Positions 34,904 through 49,084 of a DNA stretch of 64,000 nt are shown piece after piece (positions within the stretch are counted from its first letter, which is position 1; the number at the start of each line of letters is the position of its first letter). The notes below the pieces were generated by a model. That model did no database searches and had not been told where the DNA came from. It worked only from the letters and a program-made list of their open reading frames with translations. Position numbers and translations under genes: made by a program. Source of the stretch: Narcine bancroftii (taxonomy: Eukaryota); assembly GCF_036971445.1 (NCBI RefSeq), contig NC_091480.1:62002001-62066000 (forward strand). Direction: 5' to 3'.

Positions 34904-36245
34904 TAATTGGGGGCTCGTTTGGGATTGAACAATTTAACTAAAGATTTGATCTTAATGAGAGCTTATTTGATCGATAAATATTTGATGTGTTTGGTTAAAA
35001 ATCTTTTTGAAAGCTAATTAAAAGGCGTATAGTGTATGCGGATAAACAACAGCAATGGGTTTTGATAAATGTTTGGCAACACCAATCTGTGTAGATTTGA
35101 AAGTGGAGACTTGGTCAAAAGGTGCAGAAATTGTAGCCGATTGTTCTAAACCCAAAAGCTAAGTATGAAATTGTCCAAATGGTTATTAAAAAGTATTTTG
35201 AATCTCCAAACTTTTTAGATATGGAGAAAGGTGAAAAAGGAGTTATTGCTTATTGCTAAGGAGTTGAAACTTACGGAGGTTAAAGTGTCGTTGGGGGGGA
35301 ATAGATGATTCAGAAAATTATGGGTGACTACTATGCAAAAGAGGATATTTTTGAAGGGAGAGTTGAAACAATTTTTTTTAAAACCAGATCTTTTGAACAG
35401 CAGTTACAGCTGATAGGGGGAGTTAGAAAAATATAAAATTGATAAACAGCATGAGCTAAAGAGGGAGAAAGCAGATGAAGCCAGAGGGAGAGAGAAAAAC
35501 ATTGGAACTAAAGGAGACAGAATGGCAAAGGAAATTTGAGGAGGGGGAAGCCAGGAAACCAAGGGAATTTGAAAGAGAAATTGCGATTTTGGAAAATTCA
35601 GTTAAAGTTACAGCTGGTTATGATGTGTTAAATCCAGATCTTAAATTAAAGCCAAGTGAAACTTTTCAAAAGGGATAAAATTCTGCTACATTTGCAGACA
35701 ATTATCACAATGTGAACTTTGTGCCTAAAATACCTTTTCAAAAGGGTAACATGAAGTACCAAAATATGGTAGAAAATAAATGGGGAAAACCTTTTGGTTC
35801 ATTTTGTAATTATTGTAAGAAAGCTGGACATATGGTAGGTAATTGTTTTTTCTCTTGAAAAGAGAGAGAGTAGGAACCAGTAGCACCAGGTGTTTGTATT
35901 AACAAGTGAAATACAGGGAAGTTAAAAAGGAATTTGTTGGTTTAAAAAAAAAATTGGCAGGAATTTAAATCTTTTGTCAGAAGATGAGGTTCTCTCTGCA
36001 GTAGAGTATCCAAGTAAGTTTGAGAATGAAAGGGAAATTGTTGCCAGTGAGAGTGTTGAGCAAATTTTAAAACTTTGCCAATGGAAAAAGTACTGGACAA
36101 AGTGAGAATTAAAAGCTTGTGAGTTGCAGCAGACAGAAACAAACTGGCTGTCAGACACAGAAACAAATATCTTGAGATAAGAGATAAGCTCTGATGAATC
36201 ATCAGCTAATTTAAATATTTCTTTGTTAACTCAGCATTTTGATTT
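34904..36245 (+). mobile_element. Degraded internal gag-like region of the Gypsy-like element
   Basis: ELLLIAKELKL motif, E/K/R-rich coiled coil at ~35475-35600 and CCHC knuckle CNYCKKAGHMVGNC at ~35805-35846. No pol seen. Confidence 0.65.
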
Positions 36246-37029
36246 TTAAACTTTTTTTAATTTTTTTTTATTTTTCACACCATAAACCACATTGATCAAG
36301 ATACATACATTTTCCTTTTCAAATATATACAGTGTCGTTTTCTCCCCCCTCCCACTTCCCATCCCACCCTCCCTACCTCCCCTCCCATTCATTTAAAGTA
36401 CAGAATCTAAGATACATTAAACCAGTCAAACAATGTTGTCACTCAATAAAAATAAACAAGAAATTCCACTGAGTCAATTCTTTTCATTTCCTTCTCCTTC
36501 TGTCATTTTAGGTGGTAGATGTCCCCGGTAGGTTTTCTCTATTGTGTTTCATGTATGGCTCCCATATTTGTTCAAATATTGCAATATTATTTCTTAAATT
36601 GTTATTTTTTCTAATGGAAAACATTTATTAATTTCTATATACCATTGTTGTATTCTCAAGTTATCTTCTAATTTCCAGGCTGACATAATACATTTTTTTT
36701 ACTACGGCTAGGGCTATCCTAACAAATCTTTTTTGTGCACCATCCAAATCAAGTCCAAATTCTTTGTTTTTTTATGTTACTTAGGAGGAAGATCTCTGGG
36801 TTTTTTGGTATATTGCTTTCTGTAATTTTATTTAATATCTGGTTTAGATCTTCCCAAAAATTTTTCACTTTCTCACACGACCAGATTGCATGAATTGTTG
36901 TTCCCATTTCCTTTTTACAGCGAAAACATCTGTCAGATACTGGATATTTAACTTTTGAGGTGTAATATATAGCCTGTGTATCCAGTTATATTGTATCATA
37001 CATAACCTCGTATTTATTGTATTTCTCAT

Positions 37030-40000
37030 AGATCCTTTAAACTAGAATGGTTGGGGGGAGGGAACAAAATAGTACAGAGCAGTAAGGAGAAGGTTAGAAT
37101 GCAAACAAAGAAAGTTTGTAGTAAGTATTTGAATATGGATAGGCAGGTGATAGAGAAGGGAAATGCTCTGGAAGAAGATGAAGGGCAATTGGCAGGAAAA
37201 GTAAATAATGTTGTTATTAAAGATGAGGGAAAACAGGGATTAAAAATTGGGAAATCTCTGAAATTCATATATTTTAATGCCAGGAGTATTGTAAAAAAGG
37301 TGGATGAGCTGAAGGTGTGGATTGATACTTGGAAGTATGATGTGGTAGCGATTAGTGAGACATAGTTGCAGGAGGGATGTGATTGGCAGCTGAATATCCC
37401 TGGGTGTGATAGAGTCGGAGGGGCAAGAGGAGGTGGGGTTGCATTGCTTGTCAGGGAAAATATTACAGCGGTGCCTAGGAAGGATAGATTAGAGGGCACA
37501 TCCACGGAGGCTATTTGGGTGGAACTAAGGAGTAGGAAAGGAGAGGTTACACTTGTAGGGGTGTATTATAGACCACCCGGAGGGGACCGAGACCAAGAGG
37601 AGCAAATCTGTAGGGAGATAGTAGATATTTGTGATAAGCACAGGGTTGTAATTATGGGAGATTTTAATTTTCCACATATAGATTGGGAAACACATTCTGT
37701 GAAAGGACTGGATGGGTTAGAGTTTGTGAAATGTGTGCAAGATAGTTTTTTACAACAATATGTAGAGGTGCCAACCAGAGAAGGAGCAGTGTTAGATCTA
37801 CTGTTGGCAAATGGGATGGGTCAAGTGACGGAAGTTAGTGATGGTGAGCACTTCGGGTCCAGTGATCATAATGCCATCAGCTTCAATGTCATTATGGAAA
37901 GAGAGAAGTAAGGGCCAAGGGTTGAGGTTTTTGATTGGGGAAAAGCTAGATTTGAGGAGATGCGAAAGGACTTGCAGGGTATGGATTGGGACAATTTGTT
38001 TTATGGGCAGGATGTAGTAGAGAGATGGAAGTCTTTTAAAGATCAGATTTTGAGAGTGCAAAAGCTTTATGTTCCTGTTAGGTTAAAAGGAGGGGCAAAA
38101 GGTTTGAGAGAGCCGTGGTTTTCAAGGAATATTGGAAACTTGGTTCGAAGAAAAAGGGAGGTATACATTAGATATAAGAAGCATGGAGTTAAGGGGATGT
38201 TTGAAAGATACATTGAATGTAAGAGGAATCTTAAGAGAGGAATTAGGAAAGCTAAAAGAAGGTACGAGGAAACTATGGCAAGCAGGGTGAAAACTAATCC
38301 AAAAGAGTTCTACAAATATGTTAATGGTAAAAGGAAAACTAGAGACAAAATTGGTCCCTTAGAGAATCAGAGCGGAAAACTGTGTGTGGAGCCTAGAGAA
38401 ATGGGGGAGATATTGAACAGTTTCTTTTCTTCGGTATTCACGAAGGAGAAGAATATTGGGAGATGTGAGATTAAAAAAAAAAAGCAAATTGGGTAAATAT
38501 GGGGAATATAGAGATTACAAAAGATGTAATTTGAGGGCTTTTGAAGAATATAAAGGTGGATAAGTCTCCGGGACCAGACGGGATCTTCCCCAGGACATTG
38601 AGAGAAGTGAAGGAGGAAATAGCAGAGGCTCTGGCGGTAATTTTCCAAATGTCATTAGATATGGGGATAGTGCCGGAGGATTGGCGCATTGCGCATGTGA
38701 TTCCGTTATTTAAAAAGGGTTCAAGGAGGAAGCCTGGCAACTATCAGCCTGTAAGTTTGACGTCTGTGGTAGGTAAATTAATGGAGAAAATTCTTAGAGA
38801 TAGTACTTATAAACATCTGGATAGACAGGGTCTGATCAGGAGCACTCAACATGGATTTGTGGGAGGAAGGTCATGTTTGACCAATCTGATTGAATTTTTT
38901 GAAGAGGTGACTAGGAATGAGGATGAGGGTAGCGCAGTGGATGTTGTCTATATGGACTTCAGTAAGGCCTTCAATAAGGTACCACATGGAAGGTTAGTTA
39001 AGAAGGTGCAGTCTTTAGGTATAAATTTTGAGATAGTCAAATGGATTGAACATTGGCTGAAAGGGAGAGGCCAGAGAGTGGTAGTGGATAATTGTCTGTC
39101 AGGTTGGAGGCCGGTGACCAGTGGTGTGCCTCAAGGATCTGTATTGGGCCCATTGTTGTTCGTTATATACATTAATGATCTAGATGATGGGGTGGTAAAT
39201 TGGATTAGTAAATATGCAGACGATACTAAGATAGGTGGAATAGTGGATAATGAAGAAGGCTTTCAAGGATTGCAGAGGGATTTGGGCTGCTGAGAAAAGT
39301 GAGCTGAAAAATGACAGATGGAATTTAATGCTGATAAGTGTGAGGTGCTTCATTTTGGTGAGAAGAATCAGAACAGGACATACGTGGTAAATGGGAGAGC
39401 ATTGATGAATACAGAAGAGCAGAAAGATTTAGGAGTAACGATACATCGTTCCCTGAAGGTAGAAACTCACGTGAATAGGGTGGTGAAGAAGGCTTTTAGT
39501 ATGCTGGCCTTTATCATCATTGCATGGAATATAGGAGTTGGGAGGTGATGTTAAGATTGTATAAGACGTTGGTGCGGCCTAATTTGGAATTCTGTGTGCA
39601 GTTCTGGTCGCCTAATTATAGGAAGGATATAAACAGAGTGGAGAGAGTGCAGAGAAGGTTCACCAGAATGTTACCTGGGTTTAAGCATCTAGAGTATAGG
39701 GAGAGATTGGACAGATTAGGTCTTTATTCTTTGGAGCATAGAAGGTTGAGAGGGGATTTGATAGAAGTATTTAAGATTATGAAAGGGATAGACAGAGTGG
39801 ATGTGGATAGACTATTTCCGTTAAGAGGGGGAAAGATTAAAACAAGAGGACATGAGTTAAGAATTAAGGGGCAGAGGTTTAGAGGTAACATGAGGGGGAA
39901 CTTCTTTACTCAGAGAGTGGTAGCCATGTGGAATGAGCTTCCGGGAGAAATAGCGGCGGCGGAGTCAATTGTATTATTTAAGAAAAGGTTGGACAGGTAT

Positions 40001-40140
40001 ATGGATGAGAAGAAGATGGAGGGTTATGGGCATTGTGCAGGGAGGTGGGACAAGAGAGGGGTGTTTGGTTCGGTGCGGACTAGAAGGGCCTAATGGCCTG
40101 TTTCCGTGCTGTAAATTGTTATGTTATATGTTATGTTATA
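37030..40140 (+). mobile_element. CR1-clade LINE, near-complete ORF2 with stops, 5'-truncated
   Basis: EN motifs (FNARSI, AISET, GDFN, SDH) and RT motifs ([14 protein letters not shown]); (GTTAT)n tail. It replaces ~10 bp of the host L1 and has no TSD. Confidence 0.93.
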
Positions 40141-41287
40141 ACTTCTCCCATGTTTCCTTCTTTATCTTTATGTTTAGATCTTGTTCCCATTTTTGTTTAG
40201 TTTTACCATTTGTTTCCTCATTCTCCTTTTCTTGCAGTTTAATATACATATTTGTTATAAATTTTTTGATTATCATTGTATCTGTAATCACATATTCAAA
40301 ATTACGTCCCTCTGGTAACCTCAGACTGCTTCCCAATTTGTCCTTCAAGTAGGATTTCAGTTGGTAGTATGCCAACACTGTATCTTGAGTTATATTATAT
40401 TTATCCTTCATTTGTTCAAAGGATAGTAATTTATTTCCTGAAAAACAATTTTCTATTCTTTTGATCCCTTTTTTCTCCCATTCTCTAAAGGAAAGGTTAT
40501 CTATTGTAAAAGGGATTAACTGATTTTGCATCAGTAATAGCTTTGGTAATTGGTAATTTGTTTTATTCCTTTCTACATGAATCTTCTTCCAAATATTGAG
40601 CAGATGATGTAATACTGGAGAATTCCTACGTTGTACCAATTTTTCATCCCATTTATATAATAAATGTTCAGGTATCTTCTCCCCTATTTTATCTAGTTCT
40701 AATCTAGTCCAATCTGGCTTTTCCCTTGTTTGATAAAAATCTGATAGGTATCTTAATTGTGCGGCTCTATAATAATTTTTAAAGTTTGGCAGTTGTAAGC
40801 CTCCTTGTTTATACCATTCTGTTAATTTATCTAGTGCTATCCTCGGTTTCCACCCTTTCCATAAAAATTTCCTTATTATTTTCTTTAACTCCTTGAAGAA
40901 TTTCTCCGTCAAGTGTATTGGCAATGCCTGAAATAGGTATTGTATCCTTGGGAAAATGTTCATTTTAATACAGTTTATCCTTCCTATTAGTGTTAGTGGT
41001 AAGTCTTTCCAATGTTCTAAGTCGTCCTGTAATTTTTTCATTAGTGGATAATAATTGAGTTTATATAGATGGCCGAGGTTTTTATTTATTTGTATACCTA
41101 GGTATCGTATTGCTTGCATTTGCCATCTGAATGGTGATTCTTTCTTAAATTTTGAGAAATCCGCATTATTCATTGGCATTGCTTCACTTTTATTTGCATT
41201 AATCTTGTACCCCGACACTTCTCCATATTCCTTCAATTTCCTATGTAATTCTTTTATTGATATTTCTGGTTCTGCTAAGTATGTTAT

Positions 41288-43267
41288 GGAGGACCTCAGT
41301 TTTCTTCAGGCTGACTTCCAGGCCAAACATTTTGGCAGTTTCCGCAAAGCAGGACGTCAAGCGCTGAAGAGCTGGCTCTGAATGGGCAACTAAAGCGGCA
41401 TCATCTGCAAAGAGTAGTTCACGGACAAGTTTCTCTTGTGTCTTGGTGTGAGCTTGCAGGTGCCTCAGATTGAAGAGACTGCCATCCGTGCGGTACCGGA
41501 TGTAAACAGCGTCTTCATTGTTGGGGTCTTTCATGGCTTGGTTCAGCATCATGCTGAAGAAGATTGAAAAGAGGGTTGGTGCGAGAACACAGCCTTGCTT
41601 CACGCCATTGTTAATGGAGAAGGGTTCAGAGAGCTCATTGCTGTATCTGACCCGACCTTGTTGGTTTTCGTGCAGTTGGATAATCATGTTGAGGAACTTT
41701 GGGGGACATCCGATGCGCTCTTGTATTTGCCAAAGCCCTTTCCTGCTCACGGTGTCGAAGGCTTTGGTGAGGTCAACAAAGGTGATGTAGAGTCCTTTGT
41801 TTTGTTCTCTGCACTTTTCTTGGAGCTGTCTGAAGGCAAAGACCATGTCAGTGGTTCCTCTGTTTGCGCGAAAGCCGCACTGTGATTCTGGGAGAATATT
41901 CTCGGCGACACTAGGTATTATTCTATTTAGTAGAATCCTAGCGAAGATTTTGCCTGCAATGGAGAGCAGCGTGATTCCCCTGTAGTTTGAGCAGTCTGAT
42001 ATCTCGCCTTTGTTTTTGTACAGGGTGATGATGGTGGCATCACGAAGATCCTGAGGCAGTTTACCTTGGTCCCAACAAAGCTTGAAAAACTCATGCAGTT
42101 TGGCATGCAGAGTTTTGCCGCCAGCCTTCCAGACTTCTGGGGGGATTCCATCCATACCTGCTGCTTTGCCACTTTTCAGTTGTTCGATTGCCTTATATGT
42201 CTCATCCAGGGTGGGAACCTCATCCAGCTCTAGCCTTGGGGGCTGTTGAGGGAGCTGGAGCAGGGCGGAATCTTGGACTGAGCGGTTGGCACTGAAAAGA
42301 GATTGGAAGTGTTCTGACCATCGGTTGAGGATGGAGATCTTGTCGCTGAGGAGGACTTTGCCGTCTGAGCTGCGCAGCGGGAAACTGAGGTCCTCCATCA
42401 GCCAGCTCCCCACCATGACTACCAGCCCCCCCACATCTCCATCGGGCACACAAAACTCAAAACGGTCAACCAGTTTACCTATCTCGGCTGCACCATTTCA
42501 TCAGATGCAAGGATCGACAATGAGATAGACAACAGACTCGCCAAGGCAAATAGCGCCTTTGGAAGACTACACAAAAGAGTCTGGAAAAACAACCAACTGA
42601 AAAACCTCACAAAGATAAGCGTATACAGAGCCGTTGTCATACCCACACTCCTGTTCGGCTCCGAATCATGGGTCATCTACCGGCACCACCTACGGCTCCT
42701 AGAACGCTTCCACCAGCGTTGTCTCCGCTCCATCCTCAACATCCATTGGAGCGCTTACACCCCTAACGTCGAAGTACTCGAGATGGCAGAGGTCGACAGC
42801 ATCGAGTCCACGCTGCTGAAGATCCAGCTGCGCTGGATGGGTCACGTCTCCAGAATGGAGGACCATCGCCTTCCCAAGATCGTGTTATATGGCGAGCTCT
42901 CCACTGGCCACCGTGACAGAGGTGCACCAAAGAAAAGGTACAAGGACTGCCTAAAGAAATCTCTTGGTGCCTGCCACATTGACCACCGCCAGTGGGCTGA
43001 TAACGCCTCAAACCGTGCATCTTGGCGCCTCACAGTTTGGCGGGCAGCAACCTCCTTTGAAGAAGACCGCAGAGCCCACCTCACTGACAAAAGGCAAAGG
43101 AGGAAAAACCCAACACCCAACCCCAACCCACCAATTTTCCCTTGCAACCGCTGCAATCGTGTCTGCCTGTCTCGCATCGGACTTGTCAGCCACAAACGAG
43201 CCTGCAGCTGACGTGGACTTTTTACCCCCTCCATAAATCTTCGTCCGCGAAGCCAAGCCAAAGACTG
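41288..43267 (+). mobile_element. RTE-clade LINE with 5' inversion (41288-42381 inverted; 42382-43267 forward), 11-bp TSD
   Basis: RT (GVKQGCVLAP, LFADD) on the minus strand; C-terminal part and AAGA tail on the plus strand. TSD AAGTATGTTAT at 41277-41287 and 43268-43278. Confidence 0.93.
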
Positions 43268-46200
43268 AAGTATGTTATAACGTCATCTGCAAATAGAATG
43301 ATTTTATATTCCTTGTCTTTTATTTTTATCCCTTTTATTTTCTTTTCTTTTCTTATCAGTTCTGCTAGTGGTTCTATGGCTAACGCGAACAATAAGGGCG
43401 ATAGTGGGCATCCCTGCCTTGTTGATCTGCTTAAGTTAAATTGCTTTGATATATATCCATTTACTGTCACTTTCGCCAATGGCCCCTTATATAATGCTTT
43501 AATCCAATTAATATATTTCTCTGGTAAACTGAATTTTTGTAGTACTTTGAATAAATAATTCCATTCTACTCTGTCAAAAGCCTTCTCTGCGTCTAAAGCA
43601 ACCGCAACTGTTGGAGATTTATTTCCTTCTACTGCATGAGTTAAGTTAATAAATTTACAGATATTGTCTGTTGTTCATCTTTTTTTAATAAATCCAGTTT
43701 GGTCTAGATTTACTATTTTTGGTACATAGTCGGCTAATCTGTTTGCTAATAGTTTAGCTATTATCTTATAATCTGTGTTAAGTAAAGATATTGGTCTATA
43801 TGACGCTGGTGCGAGTGGATCTTTCCCTGTCTTTGATTTTACTGTAATTATTGCTGTTTTGCATGAATCTGGTAAGCTTTGTGTTTTATCAATCTGGTTG
43901 ATTACTTCCAGGAGGGGAGGAATTAATAAATCTTTAAATGTGTTATAGAATTCTATTGAGAATCCATCCTCTCCTGATGTTTTATTATTTGGTAGTTTTT
44001 TTATAATCTCTTGTATTTCTACTATTTCAAATGGTTCTGTCAATTTATTTTGTTCCTCTATTTGTAATTTTGGTAATTCAATTTTAGTTAAAAATTCATC
44101 TATTTTGTCTTCTTTCCCTTCGTTTTCAGTTTGGTATAATTGTTCGTAGAATTCTCTGAAGTTTTCATTAATCTCTGTTGGATTATATGTGATTTGTTTG
44201 TCTTTTTTCCTTGATGCCAATACCATTCTCTTAGTTTGTTCTGTCTTAAGCTGCCATGCTAGAATTTTGTGCGTTTTTTCTCCTAGTTCATAATATTTCT
44301 GTTTTGTCTTCATTATGTTCTACTCCACCTTATATGTTTGTTGTGTTTCGTTTTATTTTTTTTAATCTGCCAATTCTCTTTTAGTTGTATCTTCCTTCAT
44401 TGCTAATTCTTTTTCTATATTTACTATTTCCCTTTCCAACTGCTCTGTTTCCTGATTGTAGTCCTTCTTCATCTTGGTTACATAACTTATTATTTGCCCT
44501 CTGATGAACGCTTTCATTGCATCCCATAGTATAAACTTATCTTTCACTGATTCTGTATTTATTTCAAAGTACATTTTAATTTGTCATTCAATGAATTCTC
44601 TAAAATCCTGCCTTTTAAGTAGCATGGAGTTTAATCTCCATCTATACATTCTTGGAAGGATGTCCTCTAACTCTATTGTCAATATCAGGGGTGAATGGTC
44701 CGATAATATTCTACCTTTATATTCTGTTTTTCTTACTCTGTCTTGCATACGAGCTGATAACAGGAATAGGTCTATTCTTGAGAATGTTTTATGTCTACCC
44801 GAATAATATGAATATTCCTTTTCCTTTGGGTGTTGTTTCCTCCATATATCCAAAAGTTGCATTTCTTGCATCGATTTAATTATAAATTTGGTTCCTTTGT
44901 TCTTTCTGTTAATTTTTTTCCCAGTTTTATCCATGTTTGAATCCAAATTAAGGTTGAAATCCCCTCCTATTAGTATGTTCCCTTGCGTGTCTGCTATCTT
45001 CAAAAAAATATCTTGCATAAATTTTTGATCTTCTTCGTTAGGTGAATATACATTGAGTAAATTCCAAAACTCCGAATATATCTGACATTTTATCATTACA
45101 TATCTCCCTGCTGGATCTATTATTTCCTCTTCTATTTTAATTGGTACATTTTTACTGATTAATATAGCTACTCCTCTAGCTTTTGAATTATATGACGCTG
45201 CTGTTACATGTCCTACCCAATCTCTTTAATTTCTTGTGCTCCACTTCAGTTAAATGTGTTTCTTGCACGAATGCTATATCAATTTTTTCTTTTTTCAGTA
45301 AATTTAGCATTTTCTTCCTTTTAATTTGGTTATGTATTCCGTTAATATTTAAAGTCATATAGTTCAACGTAGCCATTCCATACTTTGTTTATCTTCCCTT
45401 TCCGTTTCCTCATCATCACCTTTCCTTCTTATCCATTTCTGCTTTCTTGTTTTGAACACTTTATAAGACAACATTTCTAAAACATCAAACATTTCCCTTA
45501 TTCTCCTATCTAAAATTTCTTTAACCCCACTATCCCCTCCCCATCCTGAGTTGCCCTTTATCCCTTGTCGGGCAACCACATCTCCCCTCTCCATTTGGAT
45601 TTGCGAATTCACTCGCAAGCATCAACTGATTTTGCAGTGACTGTAACTCCTCCCCACCCAGCCCCCCCCAGAAAAGATTTCAATTTTCATATCTAACAAA
45701 GGTCACTCTTTTAATTCCCTCCTTATTCCCTCTATTCCATTTCCCTCCCTTATTAATTCTTATCTACACTCTATATATTTTCCTTTAAATATGGATACAC
45801 TCATGTACACACATATATACATATACACACATATATATACACAAATACATATAGTTCGTGGTCATTTTTACTCTCGTTACATGTCTTCATCTCTCTGCCT
45901 GTTTTGTAGTTATTCTACAAATTTTTGTGCTTCCTCCGGATCCGAGAATAGTCTGTTTTGCTGCCCTGGAATAACTATTTTAAGTACAGCTGTGTAATTT
46001 AGCATAAATTTATATCCTTTTTTCCATAGGATCGTTTTTGCTGTATTAAGCTCCTTTCTCTTCTTCAGGAGTTCAAAACTTATGTCTGAATAGAAATTTT
46101 TTTTTGACCTTTGTATTCCAGTGGCTTTTTGTCTTCTCTTATTTTCTTCATTGCTTTTTCCAATATATTTTCTCTTGTTGTATATCTTAAGAATTTTACT

Positions 46201-47336
46201 AAAATGGATCTTGGTTTTTGCTGTGGTTTCGAGGCTAATGTTCTATGTGTCCTTTCTATTTCCATTTCTTCCTGTCATTCTAGTCTTCCTAGGACCCTGG
46301 GTATCCAATCTTTTATCAATTCTCTCATATTCTTGCCTTCTTCATCTTCCTTAAGGCCCACTATCTTTATATTATTTCTTCTATTATAATTTTCCATTAT
46401 ATCTATCTTCTGAGCTAACAGCTCTTGTGCCTCTTTAACTTTTTTATTAGATTCTTCTAATTTCTCTTAAGTCCTGTACTTCCATTTCTACGATTATTTC
46501 TCGTTCTTCCACCTTGTCCACTCTTTTTACTATATCTGACATGACCATCTCTATTCTATTCATTTTTTCTTCTGTACTTTTTTACCCTTTTTATTTCACT
46601 GAATTCTTGTGACTGCCATTCTTTTACTGATTCCATATATTCTTTAAAAAAAATATATCCATGTACTTGCCCTTCCCTTCATCTTCCATTTCTCTGTGTT
46701 CTTCCTCCTCTTCTTCTGAGTCCACTCCAGGATCTGTGTCCTTTACCTCTGTCCCTTCTGGTTTTCTTGTTGGGTTGTTTGTTTTATTTTGTTGGGTATT
46801 TTTGGTCTTCTTATTTTTATTAGAAGTGTCTTGCTGCTGGTCTTCTTCCTCTGGGTTGTTTCTTTGATTTTTTACTCTCTTCTTTCTTGCTCTCGTTATT
46901 TTCTGTGTTTTCCTCTTGCTGCTTTGTTGTGGCTGTCAATCTCAGCTGTGGAGATCGACTCCTCAGCTGGTCCCCCCTCCTGTCAGTGTTATTTTTGTCT
47001 TGCGCATCGCACATGCGCGGTTGTGCACTTTTGTTTGGCTCCGTGAGCCATTTTTGTAGTCCCGAGTTCGGGGCTTCAGCTGACCTTAGGGAACGGGCTT
47101 CTCTCTCCGCGGCGGGCCTCCTCGGACAGGTAAGGCTTTCTCTTTCTTCTTCCGACGTCCTTTCTTCTTCCCGTTGCTTTTGGCTTTTCTTTTTTCGCTG
47201 CCATTTTCTCCACACCTTTATTTTCACTTTATTTTGGTTTTTGTGTCGGTGCCTTCGTTTTTTCACTGTCTTTTTTACTTTTCTGGAGAGGGCTGGATTC
47301 CCCGACCGGCCACTACTCCATCACGAGACTCCTCCT

Positions 47337-47868
47337 TTGTCTGGGTTTGTGAATTCATCGCAGAAGCGAATAGCCACATTCACTGTCTCTTTGAAAAGAG
47401 TCAGATCCTTCGTGTGGAAAACACAATCCAAAATCTTCAATAAAAAGATGATTTGATCCTGGGAAGACAGAAATTGTATTCTTTTCACAGGAGGTACATT
47501 GGTGGCTCAAAACATGGTCACTTCTATTTAAATAATATCTTTCAAGGCATCTCGTCAAAAGAATTGTGAGTAAAGAAACCTGAAGATACAATATTTAAAA
47601 ACGCTTTATTTCTGAACTGAGAATTTAAGACCTTTAAGCAATATTAAAATGCTGCTGAACTTTAAAAAAAATTCACTGAAAATTGATTGAGTGGTACTTT
47701 AATACACGCACGCGCACACACATTTTACAATTTAGAATTAAGAAATGTTATTAATTGTTTAATTAAAACTATTACTTTGAATTTACCATTGTCTGGTGAA
47801 TTTTTCATTGCTGTTCCTTAGTACTAACAAAGTCCCTTTAGACCCAAACAAAAAAAATTAAAAGGGTA
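47337..47868 (+). repeat. Partial second LTR of the Gypsy-like element
   Basis: Colinear with ~34350-34888, with scattered substitutions and a shorter CA tract. Confidence 0.85.
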
Positions 47869-48559
47869 TTTTGCTGATGCTATTGGACTGCTTAAAGCCA
47901 TATTTCAGATATCCGAAAAAGCCAGTTAACTGAAAAAGTCCATTCCGAAGCTTTTTGGATATGTGGAAATGTACTGTACTTAAGAGTGTAGGCAGTTGCT
48001 GATATTGGTAGTGTTAAGTCTGATGAGACTGGCTGCACTGTTGTGATTGAGAATACTTGTGTTTTATCCCCATTGCAATCCCCTTGCATGTGTTTCAATA
48101 AAGATTATTCCTGCATTCAGCCTTTGTCCAGACCAGCTATTCTTTGAATCTAGCAAACATTTCTTTTTCACATAACACTTGGGTCCTCTTTAAATCTCTC
48201 CCTTCTCACCTTGAACCAGTGCCCTCTCGTTTTGAACTCTGCCCTGGGAAAATGTCTATTTACCTTTATCTATGCACCAATAGAGGAAGACACCTCAACC
48301 CTTGCACTTACAATTGCTTCCTGCATCATCTGCCCCTCTTAAGTTTCAGGTTGTTCCAAGGAGGAGAGGAGGCTAATTGCTTGTCATGGAACACAGTGCA
48401 GGCTCTTCAGCTCATGATGTTGTGCTGACCTGTGTCAATCTACTCCACAACAATTTGATCTATCCTGACCTCATACCCACAACCCTCTATTTTTCTTACA
48501 TCCACATCCTTATCTAAGAGTCTTTCAAATGTCCCTTTTGTGGGGGGGCATTATAAAAC

Positions 48560-49080
48560 CTGGAATGGATTTGTTGACATCTCAAATGATTGAAATGGTT
48601 CAAATGAATGCTGGTATGAAGGCACGTGTGGATGCATCTTATGAAGAATTTAAAAAATTTCAGACTGCTTTTTTGGACTGTAAACAACAAGTGACTTCTA
48701 ACACAGAAAAAATATTGAAGGTGGAAAAATCAGTCATAGAATTAGGAGAACGTGAGAAGGAGCTAGAAAGAAAAATAGATTATTTGGAAAATCAAAGCAG
48801 AAGGAATAATGTGAAAATTGTTGGTTTGCCAGAAGGTATAGAAGGACAAGATCCTCTTTGTTTTTTTTTTAAAAGACTGGATTCCACAAATATTAGGGCA
48901 AGAATTTTTCTCTGGGGGATTGGCACTGGAAAGAGCCCATAGAGCTTTGAGAAGAACACCCTCAGCTGGTCAACCACCGAGACCGGTAATAATTCTATGT
49001 TTGAGTTATTTGGATAGAGAAGCAATACTTCGACTTGCAGTACAAAATGCGAGACAATGACAAACCCCATTATTGATTCA
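48560..49080 (+). mobile_element. ORF1 fragment of a different L1 family
   Basis: KIDYLENQSRRNNVKIVGLPEGIEG and ERAHR motifs. Confidence 0.75.
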
Positions 49081-49084
49081 GAAT

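Larger units (their letters stand above)
36250..47335 (-). mobile_element. L1 copy 3, full-length outline, degraded, carrying nested CR1 and RTE insertions
   Basis: Poly(A) tail seen as poly-T at ~36250; ORF2 36508-45376 (interrupted); spacer; ORF1; conserved 5' terminus at ~47335. Confidence 0.93.

Noticed and set aside
41241..42449. 402-aa RT ORF as an intact standalone gene
   Set aside because: It is the inverted segment of the RTE insertion. Its N- and C-terminal residues come from the inversion junction and the host L1.
48015..48105. CTGATGAG motif and AATAAA in a non-repetitive-looking stretch (hammerhead, snoRNA or terminal exon)
   Set aside because: No stem II/GAAA partner, no convincing C/D box pair and no coding exon; not supportable from the sequence alone.
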